Assembly (NCBI RefSeq): GCF_006345805.1
Contig: NW_021836163.1
Span: forward strand, 4,229-68,228
Reading direction: 5' to 3'
Source: Octopus sinensis
Taxonomy: Eukaryota
Length of the DNA: 64,000 nucleotides
In this document: piece after piece, positions 54,606 to 64,000 of the stretch
Position numbering within the stretch: the first letter of the stretch is position 1
How the letters are laid out: each line of letters starts with the position of its first letter
Translations under genes and position numbers: made by a program
Notes under the pieces: generated by a model
Told to the model about the DNA's origin: nothing
Database searches by the model: none
Seen by the model: only the letters and a program-made list of their open reading frames with translations

Positions 54606-55206
54606 TATGCACAGACTCACACGCACGTACACAGACTCATATGTACATACTCACATATGGACGCATACTCACATGTGCTCATACTTACACACATATGTGT
54701 TCTCGGGCTCTTTTGCACTTGGTTTGAATGAATGCAGACGACTATTTTTTCTTCACAACTAATTTTCTTAACGAAACTTAAAAAATAAAATTGAACGAAA
54801 ACTCAAACAATGATGTGGTTAGTCTAGTTTGCAATTCTTCAATCTCCCAATTCTATTAAGGTTTCCATAAGATACCCTGAATTCAATTTTAGATTTTAAA
54901 TTTGCTTTGTAGAATTACATTTGTGCATTTCTGGAAATTCAGGTGAGATGAAGTTATGTTTTCATAAAAGATAAAGAAGTGAATATCGTCTGCAGCCGAG
55001 GATCTTAACCCTGCTAAGAAACAAGTTCATCACGTGCGAAAATGTTCGCAGCCGGATTAAGTGGGGTTAAGCCTTACTGAGAACTACAGTCTCAGGATGA
55101 ACTTAAGTAAATACTTTACATCAAACAGAGAATCGTAGTCCCAAGCGGGGTGGGGGGATAAAACCAGCAAAGATGAGAATAAACCCAGCAAAGATGAGCA
55201 TATATA

Positions 55207-55438
55207 AAGTAGTCCCTCGACTATCGCGGGTGTTCCGTTCCAAACCCCCACCACCCTGCGACAGGTGAAAACCCGCGAAGTAGAAACAGTACTGTGTATT
55301 TTATTATTATTATTTTTATAATTTGTATATATTTTATTATAACACCACGGAGGAATCGACTTAAATAATAAACCGCGATAGGTGAACCGCGATAGGTGAA
55401 CCGCGATAGGTGAACCGCGATATGGCGAAGGATTACAG
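55207..55438. mobile_element. Shorter pogo/Tigger-like MITE of the same family with internal 14-bp tandem (ACCGCGATAGGTGA)
   Basis: TIRs match 53408-53856 and are TA-flanked. Confidence 0.75.
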
Positions 55439-55449
55439 TATACGTTTGA

Positions 55450-55680
55450 TAATCGTGAGTTCGATTTCCAGCGGCGCCTTGTGTCCTTAAGTAAGTCACT
55501 TTATTCCCCGTTGCTCTTGCCGACTCGGCTGGCAAAATGAATTGTCCTTGTAATTGAAACGGTCAGCCATGTCACATTCTGTGTTATGCTGAAGCTTCTC
55601 AAGAACTACGTTGACGGTCTGTCCACTTTTCAGCCACTTGCTCCTTAATTCCACGTGCAGGTTGTTTAGTTGATCGAATG
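55450..55680 (+). mobile_element. Diverged tRNA-derived SINE related to 61432-61825
   Basis: B-box GAGTTCGATTTCC; shares GTCACA..GCTGAA..AGAACTACGTT..CAGCCACTT with that family. Confidence 0.6.
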
Positions 55681-55854
55681 CACATGCGTGAAAATTTTCG
55701 CGTTTCCATATCGCGCCAGTTTCCGGCTGTTACGCTTAGTGTACGGACGTGTAGTGAGCGCTTGGCGAATTTATATTCTTTTTTAGTGAATCGACATCTT
55801 TTAAGTTATATATATTTTGCGAGTGCATGCATCTATCTATCTATCTATCTATCA

Positions 55855-55944
<90 letters not shown>

Positions 55945-55945
55945 A

Positions 55946-55980
<35 letters not shown>

Positions 55981-56177
55981 AGATATATAGATAGACATGT
56001 ATGCATATATCTAGCACTGAAAATCATTTTGATGAGCGTTTTAGCTGTATTTCTAGTTTAAAATGAATTCCTGATGCACTTTGAGAAATAATTATATATA
56101 TATATGTATGTGGGTCGATTTGCTCGACTAGAGGCGGTGCTCCAGCATGGCCGCAGTCAAATGACTGAAACAAGTAT

Positions 56178-56213
<36 letters not shown>

Positions 56214-57338
56214 CATATATATATGCATATATGTATTTATATATAATCATAAACATGCACACATCCATATGTATATATATATACATATATATACGTATAT
56301 ATGTAATTTATGCATATACACATACGTTTATTATCTATATATATGTCTATATGTATATGTATGTGCATGTATATACACGCGTGCTCCCACGCTCACGCAC
56401 ACTTACACATTCCTCCTATATTTACTTACACATTCCTCCTATATTTACACATTCCTCCTATATTTACATTTATATTACAGTGACAGTCTCATAAGGTAAT
56501 CGTTATTCATTCTAACGCCTTAATGTCTGCCAACTTTGCAGCTGCGCCCCAATGTGAATCGCCATTATCAAACGATGCTAACCTAAGCGGATTCTTCAAG
56601 TGGTTTAATGGCGGCTAACGATCAACCGAGCGTCCGTTAGAGCGCTGTTCACTATTTCGCCAACGCTCAGCCCGTAGATATTTATTTTCAAACATCTCCG
56701 ACGTGTTTCTGTGTGTGTGTTTGTGTGCGCATGCGTGTGAGCGTGAGCTCTATTGTCTCTTTTCTTTCGTAAGTTCGCTGGAATAAATCATAGGCTGTAA
56801 TTAGAGGAGACTTTTACTAGTCGATGCTGCTCGCACGCCAGCACGCATGCACGCGCTCACACAGATGGCCGTGCGCCATTTTACGTCAATAGGGTAATTG
56901 GTTCGTCTGAGGTGTTTCTATGAACACGAGAGCTGAAACCACTCATCTGTCTTACCAGTGTGTGCGTATGCATGTGTGTGCGTGCGTGTGTATGTGTGTG
57001 CGTGTGTGTGCATCTGTATGTATGCGTGCGCGTGTAAGACAGCAATGCTTTCCTCATGGAATTCGTTCATCAACATTTATTGTAAAATCAAATCTGTGTA
57101 GGTGGGGTTGATGTCCGTATGAGTGTATATGGTAATGTATAAGTGTACGTATGTGCGTGGGAAAGGTGAGAGTAAAGACGGAGATGGGAGACGGAGTGGT
57201 AGCATTAGAGATCGCGAGCGCATTAGAGAGGCACATGAGGGGAGATAATGTGAAAAATGAAATCATCCGTATATATACACACACACACATATATAATAAT
57301 AACAATAACAAATAACAACAATAAAAAAAAAAATAATT

Positions 57339-57896
57339 GCCCTGATACAGTATCAGGCAGTGGCTCTCGTGGCTTCTGATCTTAACTGATTGGAAGTGTT
57401 ATCATGTACATTGTTTTGTCTTGGTATAAAAAGATGGGCTACAACAAATATTCTGCTCAATACTACAGATTTGCTTGTCAGTTGTTTGACTTTAACCAGT
57501 TGAGCATGTCCCTTAGTGGCTGACGATATGTGCATCTCTGATCACGAGCAGAAGTAGTGGGAGAGCATCATAGCCATGTGTTGAGAGGAATTCTTGGGGG
57601 TTTGAATAATTCACCTCTGGAAAAATGGATGTTTCGTTCAACATCTTTAAACAACCATTAATATTCAAGGACCATTTGAGCAGGATGAGCTACTCGACTT
57701 GAATAGATTTCTAACTGGGCGCCACCGTCAAGGTGATGCGCTGTTTATCTTGATATGAGATCACCATGTCGCGCACATATGGTTGTGATGCATGTGCCTG
57801 GTGTACCATTATCAAACGGGCGGTCATGATGGGTATATTGGGCTTCGTATATTTGACCCCAGTGTCACTTTGATGGCATGCATTGCTCTCTCACTC
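57339..57896 (+). mobile_element. (AAT)n-targeted element, full length, more diverged
   Basis: GCCCTGATACAG...CTCTCTCACTC|AAT. Confidence 0.9.
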
Positions 57897-57926
57897 AATA
57901 ATAATAATAATAATAATAATAATAAT

Positions 57927-58605
57927 TACATAAACTACAGAATAAACAACACAGTAGAAAGTGATAAGTGAAGAATCTGTGGACAAAACGGTGAAACCGT
58001 ATGGCATATTACCAGCCATTAGCCCAGAAGGAATATAAGAGACGCCACTACAATATAGCCAGGCTTGTCCATTTGACACTTTGCAACAGGTATGGACTTG
58101 ACAGAGCAAAAACTTGGTACGACCACAAACCTGAAGGCATCGTCGAAAATAGAAATGCAAAGATCCTATGGGATTTTATGATTCAGTGCGACCATGAGAT
58201 AGAGGATAGGAAGCCGGACATAGTGTTAATTGAGAAAGAAAACAAACTATGCTGGATCATAGATATAGCATGCCCAGCTGACAACAAGATATGCGATAAG
58301 GAAGAAAGAAGAGTCGAGAGATATGACAGGTTAGCTTAGGAAGTTAAGCAGTTGTGGTCGATGAAAAAGGTGGTGGTAGTACCAATAATTATCGGAGCCC
58401 TGGGAACAGTGAGTAAAAATCTTGAGAAGTACGTGGAACAAATAGGGGCTGCAATAAGGGTGGAGCACTTCCAGAAAACATCACTGCTTGGAACCGTTTG
58501 AATACTTCGGAAGGTGCTCGAAAAATAAGAGGTGTTACTTTAGTTCATTGGTAGTGAACAGCTCACACTGTAGTACATCTCCAGCGTTAGAAGCTGTGCA
58601 AAGGC
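57927..58605 (+). mobile_element. R4/Dong-clade retrotransposon (family D) 3' fragment
   Basis: RICGQNGETVWHI, YKRRH, KILWDF, RKPDIV..IIDIACP and VPIIIGALG. (AAT)n precedes it and (GAT)n(AAT)n follows. Confidence 0.88.
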
Positions 58606-58692
<87 letters not shown>

Positions 58693-58693
<1 letters not shown>

Positions 58694-58772
58694 TGCAGTT
58701 CCAGAAAGTGGCTCTCATGTCTTCTGATCTTAACTGACTGGAAGTATTATGTACATTGTTTTGTCTTGGTAT
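58693..58772 (+). mobile_element. (AAT)n-targeted element, old 5' remnant
   Basis: ATGCAGTTCCAGAAAGTGGCTCTCATG...TTGTCTTGGTAT directly after (AAT)n. Confidence 0.75.
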
Positions 58773-58822
58773 GAAATTTAACTAAAATAACCGTCTATGT
58801 AACATACGTAACGTATATATAC

Positions 58823-59927
58823 TGATATGGAGGTCAATTCGGAAACAGTGCTATGACCTACTTTTGCTGGTTTGTAGTCTTGAAGTCTGGGATATAAAGT
58901 TATTGCCTTTTGTTCTGCCAATTCCTGAAAGGATTAACGAGCTTCGAAGAGACCTCTGCCCTTTTTCCGGTCAAAGAAGGGTCGAGGAAGCTACCCTTTA
59001 AAAAGCGGGAGCTGGGAGTTTGTTAAACAGTTCGGCCGGAGACAGGGAATTGGTAACAGGGCAGTTTAGAAGTTCTGCCTGAGACAGCAAAAGAGGCCGG
59101 AGGAGGCGGTCAGCTGGCAAGAAACAGACTGGGAATGTGAAAGACAGACAAGCGAGAGGAATGACAGCGTGGAGGAAGACAGGCAGATAGGATTAAGAAG
59201 AGCGAGAGGCAACGACAACGTTGAGAAAGACATACACAGAGGATTGAGGAGGTGAGGGAGATTACGGCGTGAAGGCATTGACTATTGTAGTAGGAGCTCG
59301 TAACGGTATGTTTGTTTATGTTTTGATGTGTTAAAGAAGGAAAAAAAAGAATTGTTGAAATGTAAAAGATTGATGTGAAAAAAGGAGGAAGAAGTACTGA
59401 ATTAAAGAAATGAGGTTATAAAGAACATTGTGAATTGTGTTACAGAGTTGTTGAAAAAGAAAGAGAAAGACTCTAATGTAGAACATTGAACTCTGAACTA
59501 TATTGCATCAATTTGAACTGTATCGTTAATGTGAACATTATTTGTTTTAATTTGATCTGAACTGTTGTCTCCGGACTGTATATTGTACCTGCATGCTTTG
59601 ATCTTGTTAATTTTGTTGCATGTTATTTTCTTTGATGTACCTGATGTATTTTACACTGTATCTGATGTCGTATTTGTCATAAACTGTTGTTAAACGTAAG
59701 CCAACTGCCTTCCGCCGTGTCTCTCTGTATCTCTTCCTGCTGTTGTTTGTTGTTGTTCTCTCCGGTCGCCGGTTGCCGAGTTCGCTGCCGCCTTCCCCCA
59801 CCCACCGAATTCTCTCTTTGAATCCGTGGCGAATTCACCGTTCGATCGAGCCGGTCGATCGTCGTCGCTCGACTTGGTAGGGTCCCGGGTTTCCGAAGAG
59901 TTTGAGCGACGGCAGGTATTCGTAACA
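58823..59927. mobile_element. Solo LTR (probably Ty3/Gypsy)
   Basis: TG...CA ends with imperfect inverted termini TGATATG/CGTAACA. 4-bp TSD ATAC at 58819-58822 and 59928-59931. Confidence 0.7.
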
Positions 59928-60488
59928 ATACCATCGAAAGGCATGATGCTGTGGTTTTTATCTGAAAGAAAAATCTATTCCTAAATATGTGTTTAAAAAG
60001 TTACTGAACAGAAATCAGTCATTCAAAAGCCGTCAATATCATCACAACAACTCGTTCAGGAACTGCCACTTCGAAAACACCTCATCACTTTCTGCATAAG
60101 TTTGGAAGTAGAGAGATACAGGAAAAAAATATCAGAATTACATGGTTAATGCTAGAAGATGCACTGCGTTGAGGAATGGTCAAGGGGTGTGGCTTGAATC
60201 TTAATACATGCATACATACACACACACATACATACACACATACATACATGTATATATACATACATACATAGATACATACATAAACATACACACACACATA
60301 CATATGCATGCATATATTATCACAACCTACTGACATATACGAGACGCAAAGCGCATGTTTAAACATTTCAGCCAATATCGCATTAATATTCGTCATCGTC
60401 GTCGTCACCAACCGACTCTTCCACCCCTACCACCACCAACTACTATCATCATCATCGTCATCATCATCATCATCATCATCATCATCAA

Positions 60489-60526
<38 letters not shown>

Positions 60527-60527
60527 A

Positions 60528-60577
<50 letters not shown>

Positions 60578-60778
60578 CGTTGTTATCGTTATCGACATAG
60601 CCGTCGCCATCGTCATCATTTTCCTCTCCTCCTCCTCCTCCTCCTCCTCCTCCTCCTCTTCAGTACCACCAGTTGTTAGTCAGATCGTATAACAAAAGGA
60701 AAAACGAACACAAACCTTGTTTAACTAAAACAGTGATATGTTTGATGTACGAGTTAATATTGTATCATGTGACTCAAG

Positions 60779-60810
<32 letters not shown>

Positions 60811-61214
60811 TGCTGGCGATCGTCTGCTAGCAACGATTCTCTTCTCTCACTTGTCCTCCATATTGTTATCACAATTTTAATGTTTGATACAAACTTTGCC
60901 GAAAAAACAAATCCACCAAAGCTGTTTCCTTTCTTTCTTTATTCCCGTCTTCCATTCAAATCGCTGTTGTTACTTTCTTCTTCTTCTTCTTCTTCTTCTT
61001 CTTCTTCTTCTTCTTCTTCTTCTTCTTCGTCGTCGTCGTGTTGTTGTTGTTATTGCTACAATCATTGCTGTAGTTGTTGTTGTTGTTGTCGATAACGTTG
61101 TTATAGTTGCTTATCAGCAATAATTATTGACTACCTCGTTACTGTAGTAGTTGTTGTTATTGGAGTTGGGGCTCTAACTGATGCTACCGATAAACTTGTT
61201 ATTAAGTATATATA

Positions 61215-61274
<60 letters not shown>

Positions 61275-61431
61275 GAGTGTGTTTATGTGCGTGTGTAGCA
61301 TTGTTACGTAGCTATCAATACAAACATCAGACTAATAAGAGGCCGTTATTGGACATGCAAACATTCAAAAGGTTCTGACGTAATTGGAATTAAAAAAAAA
61401 AGTTCTTTATAATACATATACGCATACACAT

Positions 61432-61825
61432 CAATGGATGGAAGCACTCCGTCGGTTACGACGACGAGGCTTCCGGTTGATCCGATCAACGGAACAGCCT
61501 GCTCGTGAAATTAACGTGTAAGTGGCTGAGCACTCCACAGACACGTGCACCCTTAACGTAGTTCTCGGGGATATTCAGCGTGACACAGAGAGTGACAAGG
61601 CCGGCCCTTTGAAATACAGGTACAACAGAAACAGGAAGTAAGAGTGAGAGAAAGTTGTGGTGAAAGAGTACAGCAGGGATCACCACCATCCCCTGCCGGA
61701 GCCTCGTGGAGCTTTTTTAGGTGTTTTCGCTCAATAAACACTCACAACGCCCGGTCTGGGAATCGAAACGGCGATCCTATGACCGCGAGTCCGCTGCCCT
61801 AACCACTGGGCCATTGCGCCTCCAC
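61432..61825 (-). mobile_element. Full-length tRNA-derived SINE
   Basis: Minus strand GGAGGCGCAATGGCCCAGTGGTTAGGGCAGCGGACTCGCGGTC..GTTTCGATTCCC (A and B boxes) followed by a ~300-nt body. Confidence 0.85.
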
Positions 61826-62449
61826 ACATCAATACACATGCGCCACACACATTTATATATGAGTGTAGTCTCTCGTAATTTAGAAAAGAAGGTTTTTTTC
61901 TGCAATTCCCCACTGAACAACCAGCACAAATGGTTTCTTTTTACTGACCAAGTATTTTGTGCTGTATATTAGTTCACTCTCTCTATACTTTTAAAGCTGT
62001 TTCATCAACAAGCTCTCAACCACAAACACACATTTTGATACATACTGAGTGGTTATTACTACTTTACAAAGCCACGACAGACAGAAAGGATGCGGTCGAA
62101 GCCGAACATTTGAGTTTACAGAACACAGAAACAATATTTATATATCACCTGATGAAACACAACAAAATCTCACAATGCAGGGAAACGGTTACATAACCAA
62201 ATCCCTCCGAACATGCACAACTCTGTTGTGCGGAAACACTTGTAGTGATTACAAATAAATGTTCCTCTGTACTCCTTCTTGTTCACTCCAACTTATTCAA
62301 TTATCCATTGACACACTACAGAAGCCCCAACGCAAATCTAGCAGTAAGTATAATACTACGGTTGGATAGCACTGGGTGAAATCTGAAGATGAACGGCTTT
62401 TATACTGTACTCAACTACGTTCTTAACAGAATATAACCTTACTATATAA

Positions 62450-62569
62450 CTTTTTCCTTCTTTCTTTCTTTCTTTCTTTCTTTCTGTATTTCTCTCTTTC
62501 TTTCTTTCTTTTTTCTTTCTTTCCCTCTTTCTTTCTTTATTTCTTTCTCTTTCTTTGTTTCTTTCTTTG

Positions 62570-62601
<32 letters not shown>

Positions 62602-62651
62602 TCTCTCTTTCTTTCTTTCTGTCTTTCTTTCTCTCTCTTTCTTTCTTTCTG

Positions 62652-62690
<39 letters not shown>

Positions 62691-62734
62691 CTCTTTCTTT
62701 CTTTCTCTCTTTCTTTCTTTCTTTTTTCTTTCTT

Positions 62735-62773
<39 letters not shown>

Positions 62774-62802
62774 CTCTTTCTTTCTTTCTTTCTTTCTTTC
62801 TC

Positions 62803-62845
<43 letters not shown>

Positions 62846-63172
62846 CTCTCTTTCTTTCTTCTGTCTTTCTTTCTTTTCTTTCTTCTCTTCTTTCTTTCTG
62901 TTTTTCTTCTCTTCTTTCTTTCTTCTGTCTTTCTTTTTTCTCTCTTCTTTCTTTTTTTCTTCTTTCTTCTTTCTTGTTCTTTCTTTCTTTCTTTCTTTCT
63001 ATTCTTCTTTCTTTTTTCTTTCTTTCTCTCTCTCTCACTCTTTCTTTCTTTCTCTCTTTCTTTCTGTCTTTCTTTCTTTCTTTCTTTCTTTCTGTCTTTC
63101 TTTCTTTCTTTTTTCTTTCTTTCTCTCTCTCTCTTTCTTTCTTTCTCTCTTTCTTTCTTTCTTTCTTTCTTT
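62450..63172. repeat. (CTTT)n polypyrimidine microsatellite
   Basis: Direct inspection. Confidence 0.95.
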
Positions 63173-63464
63173 CGACCAATACCTTTCTCCTTCTAACGTA
63201 CATATTTATTCCCTTCTCTTTATCTACTTACCCCTACCAGTACACTCTCAAAATTTTATTCACACCACAACCCTCCTCCCTTTGAATGAACAGCACATGG
63301 AATCTATGTCTCCACACTTTCCATTTGTAATAACAAAATATGAACTCCTATCGGAACCTGCATTCCATGGACAAGAAGCATTTCCACCCATTCTACACAA
63401 CACTTCATTGGATAATGGAACTGAAACTGTAACATCCAAATATATTCTTATTTTTATTCTCTTA

Positions 63465-63768
63465 CTAGCAGTATCACCCGGCGTTGCTCGGGTTTGTAAG
63501 GGAAATAACTATATAAGCATTTTTAGAAAGTTACTTCCCTTATATAAATCGAGCAAAAATGGATTAAAAATGCAGAAAAATGATGGTAATTTAAAAAAAA
63601 AATCGTAGACTCATCGTAGACGCGCGCTAATACCCAGAAGAGCTCGATATGAATCACGACTATAAGATACCCGCTTTTGATTAAACTGCACCGCAAAATG
63701 TGGGAGTAGTTAGGAATCTAAATCGAAGTAGACAGACACACACACAACTACAGTTTTATATATAAAGA
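63465..63768 (-). mobile_element. Non-autonomous Helitron-like element, shorter relative of 7015-7529
   Basis: A|CTAGCAGTATCACCCGGCGTTGCTCGGG ... TAAAGA|T. Confidence 0.8.
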
Positions 63769-63858
63769 TTTCCCTTTATACTTCCTATATCCATCCTTTT
63801 TTAGAATAACTCTTTATATTGAACTCTACTATTTCCCTCTTGATCACTCTCTTATATC

Positions 63859-63906
63859 GTCTCTGATGAAGAGATATCCCTAATATCCCAGAAACAGCTG
63901 TAAGAC
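63859..63906 (+). ncRNA. Type I hammerhead ribozyme related to 36198-36275
   Basis: GTCT-CTGATGA-A GAGATAT CCCTA ATATCCC A-GAAAC-AGCT-GTA-AGAC. Canonical core with palindromic stem III ACAGCTGT. Confidence 0.8.
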
Positions 63907-64000
63907 TAACTTTCTCTTTATAAATGTCTTGAAAATTACAAACAGCCTTGCTTTGTTGTCTCATTTTATTTAACACACACACACACACACACACACACAC

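Noticed and set aside
61755-61825. tRNA gene
   Set aside because: The tRNA-like head lacks a proper acceptor stem and continues into a repeated SINE body.
62149-62195. CTGATGA...GAAAC
   Set aside because: No stem I or stem II pairing.

Overview
Eukaryotic, AT-rich, microsatellite-saturated DNA with no intact protein-coding gene that I can support. The SINE types and repeat content suggest a coleoid cephalopod such as Octopus (inference). Nearly all ORF-track hits are microsatellite artefacts or transposon remnants. Two microsatellite-linked mobile-element systems dominate. (1) (AAT)n tracts carry four distinct families of R4/Dong-type RLE retrotransposons and ten copies of a ~554-bp non-coding element with a precise 3' end. 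All share one polarity, and eight insertions are stacked in a 6.7-kb array at 43.5-50.3 kb. (2) Short Penelope-like/pLTR elements, mostly next to (TA)n tracts, carry about ten type I hammerhead ribozyme motifs with palindromic stem III. One is a 352-bp partial tandem unit resembling a retrozyme. Also present: tRNA-derived SINEs, CR1-like and RTE LINE fragments, mariner relics (one carrying a nested mariner>CR1>Dong stack), Helitron-like and pogo/piggyBac-like MITEs, a solo LTR with 4-bp TSD, and a ~374-bp near-perfect palindrome. All structures were read by eye; no alignments or folding programs were run.
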